Source: a virus. Taken from it: a stretch of 64,000 nucleotides of DNA. Below are positions 29,106 through 41,400 of the stretch, piece by piece. The position numbers were made by a program, and so were the translations under genes. The stretch is taken from positions 1 through 64,000 of the IMG/VR virus record IMGVR_UViG_3300005827_000047; one strand, 5' to 3'. The stretch's first letter is position 1. Each line of letters begins with the position of its first letter. Under the pieces are notes generated by a model that was given only the letters and a program-made list of their open reading frames with translations, searched no databases and was not told the origin of the DNA.

Positions 29106-30788
29106 ATGAAGCATAACAAAAAAAATTATAAATACGATATAGGAGGAATAGTTAATCCTATGTTAGAATATGGAGTTACCGGAACTCAATTAGGACTTAA
29201 CTTAGGAGGCCCTTTAGGAGCTGCTATAGGAGGAGGAACTGGGTTATTAACCGGGGCTGTATTAGGATCTATTAATCAGAAAAGAGACCTAGAATCTAAA
29301 AGATTAGTTGAGCAACAACTACTTCAAGAAAAGAAAGTAAATGATACTATGAGATTTAATAATCTTAATGATTTTGAATCCCCTTATTATATGATGTATG
29401 GAGGAGATATTCCTCAATATGATAAAGGAGGTATATACATTAAACCTTCAAAGAGAGGTACTTTCACTAAAGCTGCTAAAGAGAGGGGAATGGGAGTTCA
29501 AGAGTTTGCATCTAAAGTGCTATCCAATAAGGAGGACTACTCTACTGCTGTGGTTAAGAAAGCTAATTTTGCTAAGAATGCTTCTAAATGGAAACATGAA
29601 ATGGGAGGTATTCAACCTAATGCTGAAGTAGAGCACAAGGAAGTTATCCAATTGCCTTATATGTATCCTATGTATGCAGAAGGAGGATATATGAATTCTC
29701 TATCTTCTAATGGATTTGAAGCTGTAGGTAATACCCATTCAGAAGGAGGAATAGATACTCAATTACCTGAAGGAACAAGGATATTCTCTGATAAGCTTAA
29801 ATTATCTAATGGTAAGTCCTATGCTGAAGTAGCTAAGAAGTTAGAAAAGGATAAAGGTAATGCAGAGAAGAAGGGGTTACTCGGAAAGAATACAGCTAAG
29901 AGAATAAATAAGCAACTAGATACTCTATTTCAAGAGCAAGAATCTTCTAAGGTTATTCCTTCTAAAGGAGTATATCAATATGGAGGACCTGTTGAATTAA
30001 CTAAAGCTCCTAATTATTGGGGATTAGAAGATGCACTAAGTACTATGGATCCTAATATTGGAATAGAGAATCCTCAAGTACTACAATCTAAGTTGCCTAG
30101 ATTATCTATAAATAAGGGTAATACTTCTATTCCTCCTATAGGTAACTCAACTATGGTCTCTAAAGATAAAGGAGAATCTTCTACTTTAGATATGATTGGC
30201 TCTACTTTACCTTATATAAGTCCTTTACTTCAAGGTCTAAGTACTTATGGTGAAAGGGAATATGTTCCTCAAAGGAGAATAGATGAATCTATAGCTTCTA
30301 TGTTACCCGGAGATAGAGAAGCTGAGTTAATGACAAGATCTGGTATATCTAGAAATAGAGAAGGATTATTTACTGCTTTAAAAGGAGCACAATCTCTAAG
30401 TTCTCCTGCTTATGGAGCTGTAGCATCTAGTTTATTCTCTAATTATCTAAATAGTACAGGAGATCTTGCTTCACAAGAAGCTCAACTAAAAGCTAATCTA
30501 AAATCTAATAAAGTAAATACTTTACTTGGAATAAGGAGTAATAACCTTAATCAAGCTAGGTTAGAAGATGAAAATAGATTAATGACTAATGCTAATACAA
30601 GGAATATAAGGAGACAAGCTTTTGGAGACATCTCTAAAATAGCTCAATCTCAAGGATATGAGGACTTACTTAGAGATAGAGATAAATTAGCTCTAGCAGC
30701 TACTTTAGCTAAAGGAGATCCTCAAGTAAGAGCTAACTATTTAAAAGGATTAAAAATACCTAAGTCTTACCAATACTTATTTGAATAA
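29106..30788 (+). CDS. hypothetical large virion protein with N-terminal glycine-zipper segment
   Basis: 560 aa. 'GLNLGGPLGAAIGGGTGLLTGAVLGSI' is a glycine-zipper or membrane-active-like segment. First gene of the unit that contains the virion RNAP. Confidence 0.4.
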   Translation: MKHNKKNYKYDIGGIVNPMLEYGVTGTQLGLNLGGPLGAAIGGGTGLLTGAVLGSINQKRDLESKRLVEQQLLQEKKVNDTMRFNNLNDFESPYYMMYGGDIPQYDKGGIYIKPSKRGTFTKAAKERGMGVQEFASKVLSNKEDYSTAVVKKANFAKNASKWKHEMGGIQPNAEVEHKEVIQLPYMYPMYAEGGYMNSLSSNGFEAVGNTHSEGGIDTQLPEGTRIFSDKLKLSNGKSYAEVAKKLEKDKGNAEKKGLLGKNTAKRINKQLDTLFQEQESSKVIPSKGVYQYGGPVELTKAPNYWGLEDALSTMDPNIGIENPQVLQSKLPRLSINKGNTSIPPIGNSTMVSKDKGESSTLDMIGSTLPYISPLLQGLSTYGEREYVPQRRIDESIASMLPGDREAELMTRSGISRNREGLFTALKGAQSLSSPAYGAVASSLFSNYLNSTGDLASQEAQLKANLKSNKVNTLLGIRSNNLNQARLEDENRLMTNANTRNIRRQAFGDISKIAQSQGYEDLLRDRDKLALAATLAKGDPQVRANYLKGLKIPKSYQYLFE

Positions 30789-32494
30789 TGGCAATTAACC
30801 AATTTGACCAATATTTTGGTGCTGAATATATACCTCAATATGCTCCTTTACCTTTAGATGAGTTATCTAGAGGATTAGATTATAGACAAGGTAAGCATGA
30901 AAAGAATCTAGCTGAAATGGATCAGTTAGAAGATTTATGGGCTAATATAAAAGTACTTCCTCAAGATGAGCCTTTAGTAAAACAAAGATTAAAAGGATAC
31001 AGAGATGAGATATCTAAATTTGCAGATCAAGGTGATTATTCACAAGCTTCTCCGTTTATTAGAAGAGCAGCAAGAGCTTATATGGATGATATTACTTCAG
31101 GTTACTTAGGATCTGCTTTACAAAGCTATCAAAATTATTTTAGTGATATAGAGCAGATAGATAAATCTGATAGACCTTCTTATGAAAAGGAATTAGCTAA
31201 GAATATGAGATTTAGACAATACCAAGGAATAGATCCTCAAAGAGAACTATTTTCACAAGTCTACTCTAAATCTACTGTTCCCGGATTTGTAGATCCTTTA
31301 AAAGTAGTGCATGAATATCTTAAGGATATGAAACCTACTGAAATAGCTTCTACTTCTCCTTGGTTTCAAACTCCTGATGGATTAAGGTGGATTAAGAATT
31401 CACAAAAGATAGAAGAGTTACCTGAAGATAGACTAAGAGAAATAGGAGTAAATATATTGAGTAATGATCCTAAGCTTAGAGAATCTTTAGCTTTCTCTGC
31501 ACAAGTTCAAGGTATAGATCCTGATAGATATATAGATGCAGCTATAAATGAAGCAGCTAGTTCTTCTTCTAGAATATTAAGGAGGAGAAATGTAACTACA
31601 GATCAAGATATGAGGTTTACTCCTGAAAATATGCTGGAAGGATTTGGTACTAATAAATTTAGTATGGAAGGAGGATATGAAGATACTGAATATGAAAATA
31701 TCTATGTACCTAAAGTATCTAAAGCAGAAAGAGGAATTAAGTTTAGACCAGGTACAGGATTGTTACCTGGAACATTTTATTGGGATCCGGGAAGAGATTA
31801 TACAGATCCTAAAGTACTAAAAGAAGATGTAGGTCAAGAAGCTTGGGATACTTTATCTGAATTCTTTAAAGGAGATAATGATAATGAAACAGCTTATAAT
31901 ATTTCTGAGTACTTAAAGAGTGTTAAAGATAAACCTGTTTCAGTAAGAAGTATTCCTATTACTACTAATAAAGAGGCTAATGAAGCTCAAGGATATTTAG
32001 AAAGAAACTTCTTAAGTAGAAAATTCTATGTTCCTACTTTAGATAAAACCTTTACTGGAAAAGAGTTACTTACTAATAGTGATATAAGAAAATCACTAGG
32101 AGATGTTAAAGGTAAAACAGTTAAGGATATCTTAAGAGAAATGGATGTAGTAGGAAGATATGACATAGATAATCCTTTTGTAGACAGAACTGGAGATAAG
32201 TCATTCTCTAGACCTTTAAGAGTGAGATTTGGAGATATAGATGTAGTAGCTTCTATGGCTGCTGATGAAGTAAATAGTCCTGAAGGATTACAATCTTATC
32301 TGTCTAATCAAGCTACTAAATCTAGAAGATCTAGATTACCTCAGAATTTAAAAGATCTAGGTATGCCTGAAGTTAAAATAATGTACAATGAAGATGGTAC
32401 TTATACTATAAAAGATGGAGGATTAACAGTAACTTCTACTCAAGAAGATTTGAATAGCACAATTATAGGAATAGCTCAAAGTAAAGATAGATAA
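30788..32494 (+). CDS. hypothetical large virion protein
   Basis: 568 aa. Its ATG overlaps the upstream stop. Directly precedes the RNAP polyprotein. Confidence 0.4.
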   Translation: MAINQFDQYFGAEYIPQYAPLPLDELSRGLDYRQGKHEKNLAEMDQLEDLWANIKVLPQDEPLVKQRLKGYRDEISKFADQGDYSQASPFIRRAARAYMDDITSGYLGSALQSYQNYFSDIEQIDKSDRPSYEKELAKNMRFRQYQGIDPQRELFSQVYSKSTVPGFVDPLKVVHEYLKDMKPTEIASTSPWFQTPDGLRWIKNSQKIEELPEDRLREIGVNILSNDPKLRESLAFSAQVQGIDPDRYIDAAINEAASSSSRILRRRNVTTDQDMRFTPENMLEGFGTNKFSMEGGYEDTEYENIYVPKVSKAERGIKFRPGTGLLPGTFYWDPGRDYTDPKVLKEDVGQEAWDTLSEFFKGDNDNETAYNISEYLKSVKDKPVSVRSIPITTNKEANEAQGYLERNFLSRKFYVPTLDKTFTGKELLTNSDIRKSLGDVKGKTVKDILREMDVVGRYDIDNPFVDRTGDKSFSRPLRVRFGDIDVVASMAADEVNSPEGLQSYLSNQATKSRRSRLPQNLKDLGMPEVKIMYNEDGTYTIKDGGLTVTSTQEDLNSTIIGIAQSKDR

Positions 32495-32495
32495 T

Positions 32496-35400
32496 ATGCC
32501 AAATGATATCCTTAAAGAAATAGCCAAATTATCTGGTAAAGAAGCTCCTAAAGTAGTAGGTACTTATTTGTCTCCTACTACTATGGGTGATTCTCAATAT
32601 GATAAAGGAATACTTCCTACTTATGGAGATGAACAAGGAGCTTTAAATAAAATTAGAGCTAGGAAACAAACTAATTGGGATTCCTTTGCTAATATGCTAG
32701 TAAGAGGAGTAGGTAAAGCTTTAATAACTGTACCTGAAACTGTAGGATACTTAGCAGATATACCTGAGATGTTAGGTATTACAGATGATTATGATAATAA
32801 GTTATCTGAGATATCAAGACAAGGTAAAAGCTGGTTAGATGAGGTAATGCCGGAATATTCAAGAAGTATAGCTGATTCTGGATTTAAACCTTTAGAAGCT
32901 GAATGGTGGTTTAGAAGTGGAGACTCTATAGTAGAATCTTTAGGATATTTAATTCCCGGATATGCAGTAGGTAGAGGTGCAGGAGCTGCATTAAAGCTAC
33001 TAAAAGCTTCAGGAGATATTCAGAAATATGGTTCTACTATTGCAGCTGCTGTAGGATTAAACTATGCAGAGACTATGCAAACTGCTGGAGACCATTATAG
33101 AGAATCTGTAAAGCAATATCTTAATACTAAAGATGAATATGGAAATCCTGTATATTCTGAACAACAAGCAAAAGAATTAGCTTCAGAAGAGGCTAGCTCT
33201 ATAGTTTGGCAAGGTAAAGTAAATACTCTATTTGAGTTACCTGCTATGATGAGTCTATTTAAATCATTAGGTAAATTACCTATCTCTTCAAGATCTTTAA
33301 AAGGAATAGATTCAAGTAAGTTTTCTATAGCTGGAGAACTAGGTAAGCAAATGGGATCTGAATACTTAGAAGAAGTAGGATTAGGATTTATTCAATCAGA
33401 ACAAGAGAGAAAAAGAGATATTAGATTAGGTAAAGAAGTAAAAGAAGGAAATGTTCTATCTAGATTAGTTAATTATGCTTTCTCTGATCAAGGTCTTACA
33501 GAAGGTTTAATGGGAGCTTTAGGAGGAGGACTATTTGGATCTTTAGCAATTAAAGGTCAAAAGGAAGAGTACACTAAGCAACAAAATCTAGTAAAAGAAT
33601 TAACAGGAAAGAACTCAGAAGAGATTACTAAAGTATTTAAAGATATAGGTGAATATAATAAGAAAGAAGCAGAAGCAGCTAAACTAGGGGACTCTATAGG
33701 ATTTACTGTAGCTCAAGAACAGAAGTTAAATGTATTAGCTGCTATGAATGCTAAAGCTGGTACATTTAGTCAATTCTTAGATAATTTAGATTTAGCAGCA
33801 GAAGCAGTAGGAGATACTACTAATCTTGAAGAGTATAAGAAGCAAGCTAAATATGTAGAAAAGATAGTTAATAGGGTAGAGTCTTATCAATATCCTAGAG
33901 AGTTTAAAGATAAGCTTATAGATAATCTTGTTAACCAAAGAGTATATCAGAATACTGCGGGTAAAATCTCTAAGGATATAAATCAGATATATCAAGATAA
34001 TATCTTAGATACTTCTATATCTCCTAATTTAAATCTTCTATATAATAAGAAGAAGATACTAGAGAAGGCTATAAATAAATCAGAAGGTAAGAAGTTAGAG
34101 TTTGCTAAAACTAAATTAAAAGAGTTAGAATCTCAGATAGAAACTCAATTACCCTATACTATAGAAGATGGTAAGGAGGGAATAAAGAGAACATTAGAAG
34201 ATATATCTAAATATTCTAATCCTGTTGTGGATAGTCTTGTGCAACCTTTGATATCTCAAGAATTAAAGTATCAATATGAAGCTCAAGAATCTATAGACTC
34301 TTATAATGATCTTATTAAAGATCCTCAAAAATCTCAAGAGAGGATTATGAAAGAAGATCTTAAAGAGAAAAGAGTAGAAACTGAAGAGGTTATAGAAGAG
34401 GCTAAAACTAAAATAGAAGAATCTCCTATAGAAAAAGCTAAGGAAGTTGTTAAGGATATAGATCCTATATTAGAAGAAGCCGGGTATACTCCAGAAGAGA
34501 TAGAGGATATCACTTCTATGCTTAATGAGAGTATTATAAATAAGGAAAGAGAAGAAGTTAAATCAGAGGAAACTAAACAAGTAGAAGAATCTATAGTTAA
34601 CGGAGTATTTGATAATTACAGAGATCAATATCTTCCTTTAGAAGAAGCTGAAGAATCTCAAGTAAGTGAAGAATCTATAGAAGATAAAGTATATGAAGTT
34701 ACTCCTGAACCTGGATTAGCCTCTACTTCTAGAGAGTTCAAAGAATCTAATAACAAAGTTATCTATAATGAAATAGGTAAACCTATAACTACTGGTCAAG
34801 AAGAGGAATTTGATTTTGGTTATCTTAATTCTCCTTTATTTAATGCAGGTTCAGATGTAGAGCTTTATGTAGATAAAGACTCTAAGTATATGCAAGAAGG
34901 TAAAGGAAATACTCCTGAAACTATCCATATAAAGATAAGAAGTAATGGTAAGATAATAGGTAATTTAAAAAACTTTAGACCTACGGGTAACTCTATAGAG
35001 GACTTAGATACTATGGAAGTAAGGAGTTATCTATTTAATAATCCTGATGCTGTATTAACAACTAAAGTAAGAGAAAAGACTAGAGGATTTATACTTAACT
35101 CTAAAGTACTTGAAGATGGTAAATTAGTGCCTGCAAGGAACTCTGTAAGATCTTTAACTGATACTCCTATATTAGCTATCCCTACTAGTGAAAGTGAAGG
35201 GATGGTGAACTATGAAGGTAAAAGTTATGGGCCTTTAACTAAAGGTAAGTTATATGCTTTGATTCCTTCTGCTAATGGTAGTTTAATACCGGTAACTTTA
35301 AATCCTAGAAAGTTTACTAAGAAAGAATCTCTATCTATAGTTAACTTTATAAGGAGTAACTTCTATCCTTCTATAGCTTCTATAGATAGATTATCTAAAG

Positions 35401-38400
35401 GAGATAATATCATAATTAATGGTAAACCTCTTACTGTAGTATCTATAGGAGATAAGATAATAGGATTCTCTAAGAAAGAATCTAAAGAGTATTCTTTTCC
35501 TTTAGAATCAGAAGTCTACTTAAATAACTATTTAAATAATAAGGAGCAACTAGAATCCTATATTAACTTCCCTTCTCCTAAAGTTAACTTTACCCAAGAT
35601 AGGCTTATCTTGCCGGATAAGTACTATAAATATGATGAATACTCTGATGAGTTCTTAGCTAACTTAATAAGTAATCTATACCTTGATGTCAGTAATAAGA
35701 AACTAAAGGATAACTCTAAGTTTACTTCCATAACTGGTAAAGAGTATAACTCTTATCAAGATTTTATCTTAGATAATAATTTCTATACAACGGATATAGA
35801 TACTATAAGACCTTTCTATGGAGCAGCTGTATATCTAGAGAAACCTATAATCTCTACTAAAGTAGAATCTCTAGAACCTAAAGAGGTGGAGGTTTCAATA
35901 GAACCAGTAAAAGAAGCTGTAGAAAAAGTAAATAAAGCTGATCTATTTGGAGAAGATTCTCCTTTAAGATTTGCTAAAATAGAATCTTTAGGTAAATCTT
36001 CTCTAGTACTTCCTGGAGATAATAAGAGCATTATAGATTTTGCTATAGCTAACTCTAATGAATATAGTGCTAGAGTAGGATCTTTAATTAAGGAAAGACT
36101 AGATCTTAATAAGGATCTTATAGTAGAGATATCAGATAAAGAGACTCTATTTGGACCTAGTAGGTATACTATGTTCTATTCTTCTGAGGATAATAAGATA
36201 GTTATTCCTAAAGAGACTATAGAGAATGTACCTCAAGATATTCTTGCTGAAAAGATTATCCATGAATTTACCCATAGTTACACTGAATATGCTCTATTAA
36301 AAGCTAAATGGTATCCGGATAAATTGACTAAAGAGGAAAGAATATTTACTGATACTATAGGAGATCTATATAGACAAGCTAGTAAGTTCATAGATAAATC
36401 TAACTATGGTATGAGTAATACTTCTGAGTTCTTAGCTGAGCTGGCTAATCCTTTATTTGCTAAGACTCTTGATTCTATAGTAGTAGATAACAGAAGTATC
36501 TTTAAAAGAATAGTAGATGCTATTCTAAAGCTATTAGGATTCAAAGTAGAACCTAAAGAGACTCTTTATAAGAAGACTTTTGATGCTTTAGCTAATTATC
36601 TGACCTCAGCAAATAAAGTAGATTACTCTATTAGCGGAGAAGTAAAATATGCTAGAATACCTTCAATAAGTAGAACAGAGCAAAAGAGGAGAGTAGATAC
36701 CATAAACTTTATGTTTGTGAAAGGAGCAATTAACTTAGTTAAGAAAGGTCCTTACTCTTTTGAGTATCTTACAAAGAATCAAGTAAAGGAAATCTATGAT
36801 CAGATCAAAGACTACTTATCTGATAATCCTCTAGCTAAATCTGTTATAGATAATTGGGATCTATTTGTAATAGAATCTAAGAAGAGTCTAGTTGACTTTG
36901 GATTCTTATATAAGGAAGATGGAGATACTATAGAGATAGATGATACTACTAAAGAAAGTTGGCAAGTAAAAGCTTTTGAGAATAACCTTAAAGATTCTTT
37001 ATCTAAACAAGTTAAACTTTACTTAAGGTTTATAGAAAGAGTAGATAAAGAAGGTAATTATATAAAAGATGATTTAGGAAGAAATACTTTCTTACCTTAT
37101 GATGAGATTAGTATTTACCTAGCTAAGAACTTAGCTGATCTAGATACTAATGAGGAGAAGTTAAATAAGATACTTGAGTTATCTAAGATTAGACCGGAAC
37201 TTAAAAGAATATATATAGATCTTAGTACGGATCTTACTTCTGATAACTTTAAGAATAATTTCTTTACTAACTTCTCTAAGACTAAAGTAAAGTTTATAAC
37301 TGTACTATCAGAAGGTAAAGATTCTAGTTCTGTTTCTAAAGTAATAAATACAAGTAGGAAAAATCTAGCTAAGGATATTCTTTCTGAATGGAAAGTAACT
37401 TATGAAAGAGAATTAGTTAATGGTAAACCTAATAAGGATAAAGTAGATAAGGCTAAAGAACTTATTAAGGTAAGATATGGAGATGTAGTTACTGATGAGC
37501 AAGCTGATAATCTAAGTAAAGCTTTAGATAGTATAGGTATATTCATTCCTTCTAATAGATTTAGTGGGATGAATAAAGAAGATATATCTAAGTATATTAC
37601 CGGACCTAGTTCTGTAAATACTCTATTTGAATCTCTTAGTAAAGGATATGATATCTTCAATATAGTAGAAGAGCAATCCGTTAAAGGAGAGGGCAGGACT
37701 CTAAGGAAATTAGCTGAACTTGAATCCTTACTTAGACCAGAAGACATCACCCCTTCTGTAGTAAATGGGGAGAATAACAGAATATACGCTTTACAAAATA
37801 ATACAGCTATCTCTAAGGAAATAAGGAGATTAAAGAAAAGTGTAACTGATTACTTATCTGATCCTTTCTATGCTTTAGGTACTAATATTAATTGGGGTAT
37901 AGACAGGTTAATGAAGGATAGGGAATTTAGAGAAAACTTTGATGTAGCTGTATTTGATTCAGAGAGATTAAATCAACCTGGAAGAAAAGGTACTCCTTAT
38001 AATAATATTAACCCTTCTCTATGGAATAAAGTAAAGATTAATGCTGTACTTAACCAAGGAGCTAAATATGGATGGTTTCCTTTTCCTACTCCTGCGGATA
38101 AGGAAAATATATACTTTGCTTATCTCCCTAAGCATAGATTAACTAAAGAAGGAGATTTACTTACCGGTGAATCTTTAGAGATGTACCGTAAAATAGTTTT
38201 ATCTGAAACAGCTAGAATATTTAATGCTCATAGTGAACTATTTAATTGGGAAGAGAAAGATCTTATAGTAGGATATCATTATGAATCCAGCTTATCTCCT
38301 AAAGAAGCTAAAGATAGAGCTAAAGAAGGAGTATTCTCAGGTAAAGCTTTTGAGTATCATATCTTTAAGGAACTAAATGATTTAGGCTTTAATAAGAAAG

Positions 38401-41400
38401 CTATAAATACAACAGAGTTCTTACCTTCAGAAATGGATACTATAGATAGAGTAATAAATAGTTACTTCTCTAAAAGAGTAAGTGAAACTATAGATTACTT
38501 TAAGGAGACTAACATCATAAGTGAAGTTAATGGAGTGTACTCTAATATAGAGATAGATGTTACTTCTCTAAGAGAATATAACTCTATAGAAGATGCAATA
38601 GAGAACTATGTATATAATGTGCAAATGGGATATTGGTTCATAGATTCTATTTTACTTGGAGATCCTGCTTTTACTAAAAGTTATGATGATTATACTAAGA
38701 GAGTAGCTTTATGGCAAACTCCCGGTACAGATATAGGGGGGGGTCAATATACTGTTACTATTGTTAAAGATATACTAACTAAGTCTAAGTTTGCAGAAAG
38801 CTATAAGAAAGCTCTTAGTGAAGTAGGAGTATCTAAAGATAAGATAGATGAAATTATAGGAGTAGAAAAAGATTCAAGAGGTAAACCTTCAGGATATTAT
38901 GATATTAATCAAACTGATGCCCAAGGATTATGTACTTGGGATAGGTATCTTGATATTATGAGAAGACAAGGTAATCTAAGACCTGAGATTACTGATAACC
39001 TTGATAGAATATCTAAAGGAGAGATTACTCCTGAAGAAGCTAATATCTTATTTGCGCCGGTTAAAGGAACTAATATAGGTTACAGAATAGTAAATGGTAA
39101 GAGAGTACCTGTTGCAGTTAAGTATTCACTTACTCCTATACTTCCCTCATTTAGGAAATATCCTAAGTTTGCAAGATTATTGGATAACTTAGAGAAAGAA
39201 GGAATAGATGAGTTGATCTTTGAATCTGGATTTAAACTAGGTACTCAACAATTAGGTCAAGTAAATAATCCTAGAAGTTGGAATAAGATTAAGTTGAATA
39301 ATGATTCTTACAGGATTCCTCAAGTAGTTCCTTATAAGGATACCGGTAAGACTTTACTTCCTACTCAATCTATGAAGAATATCATAGTTAACATAAATCC
39401 TGATGCTTTATATAAAGTAGATGATGAAGTAGTTAGTGGAGAATCTCTAGTAATGGAGTATCAAGAAGTAATAGCTCAAAATATTAAAGATGATTTTAAA
39501 AAGGTAATCAAGAAGTTAGATCCTAATGATAAATCTAGTCTGCTTAAGAATCTTCAAAAGCTATTTCTATCCGAATCTAGGAGAAGGAATAATATGCCGG
39601 ATAACCATATAAAGGCTTTAGATATAGTAGATGATGATTTCAGAGTACCTTTATCTTTTCCTTTATTCTCTTCTTCAAGAGAAAGTATGCTATTCTCTTT
39701 ATTCAAGAAGAAAGTATCTACAAGGAAAGTACCTGGATTCTCAGCTGTGAATGTATCTGATTTTGCTACTACTTATGATGAAGATAATAAACTTAACTTC
39801 TATACTGTTAGTTACACAGACCCAACAGATTCACAAGTATTTACTATAGAAGCAGCTGAGATAGCAGTAAGTCAAGATTACTTTAGGAATATAATTAAAG
39901 CTAAATATCCTGAATATAACTTAGAAGGAGATATAGTGTTAGATAAGATACCTGAAGATCTTAGGTATATGATAGCTAATAGGATACCTAACCAAGCTAA
40001 GAACTCTATGGTTATGTGCAAAATAGTATCCCTACTTCCTAAAGAAGCAGCTAGTCAAATTATGCTTCCTAAAGAAGGTACTAGACAAGGAGGATATGAC
40101 TTTGATATAGATAAGAGCTTTATACTAACTAAGAATTTTAAGATAGTTGAAGGAGAGCTTAAAACTATTAAATACTATTCTAAAGAAGATCAAACTAAAT
40201 TAAGATATGGTCAATACTTAGAAGAACTTGCTAAATCAGATCAACTAAGAGAAATACTTAGAGAGTATAAAGTAGATCTCCAAGAGCAAGAAGATATTTA
40301 CTTTATATTAGGTAATGAACTTGAAGAAAAGATCAATAAAGTATTAAGTATAGATTCTTCATCTATTGAAGAAGAGGAGTACTTTGAGTTACTTACTGAT
40401 TACTTATCTATGGAGGGAATTAGTGAAGAAGAGTTCTCTAAACTTTCTATAATAGAGCAGAACACTAAACAAGCTAGAGAGAATAGGATAGTAGACTTCT
40501 ATATAGCTGTATTAAGCTCTAGCCATAACTTCTATGAAAGTATCTTACCTAATAATATGGATACTCTAGCTTCAGTAAGAAAGAAGATTCTCCAAATCCT
40601 TAATCCTATAGAATCCGGTAGAGATATTATAAATGATTATCAACAAAGTCTCACAAGAGAAAAGAATCAAGCTGGTAAGCAACTAGTAGGAGTGCATTCT
40701 AACTCTGCTGTTGCAAGAGCTTATCTTCAAATATTGAAATATGAATCTGATACTGCTGCTTACTTTGATGGTAAAGAGTTATTCTCTATGGGAGCATTTA
40801 AAGACTACAAGGATAACCTAATAACTGATAATCATCTAGAGCTACAAACTGCTGCTGTAGATAATGCTAAAGATCCTATACTTGGAGATTTAAATGATAA
40901 TATTTATACTGCTGATGTATGGGACTTCTTAGTAGATCTAGGAGTACCTTTAGAAACTATAGCTTATTTTATGACTCAACCTATATTAGTAGAGTTAAGT
41001 AAGAGATGGAATAATGGAGGTAGGACTACTTCTGCTGCTGAAAGTGCATATAAATCTTTGAAAGAAGAATACTTTCTATCCGGAGCAGAAGAGATGAAGG
41101 ATAAAAATCTTAATACAAAAGATCTGATTGAGCAGCTTAAGGCAAGTGATCCTTCTTATCAACTAAATGTACTTAATCAATTTATAACATATAAAGAAGG
41201 AGCAAAATCATATACTAACCTTATTCAATCTTTAAGAGCAGATTCTGTTAGAACCTTACCTTCTGTAGTAGGTAATCAACTATATATGGATAGATACAAT
41301 AAAGTAGTTACTAAGGAGATGAAAGATAAACTTCCTATGGTGGACGCATTTACTAAATATGGAATAGATAAACCTTTAGAGTTAGCCTCTGATCTATTTA

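Noticed and set aside
29398-29631. 77-aa + strand ORF in an alternative frame inside the 560-aa gene.
   Set aside because: It is fully nested, has no independent start context, and its composition is consistent with an out-of-frame read of the real gene.
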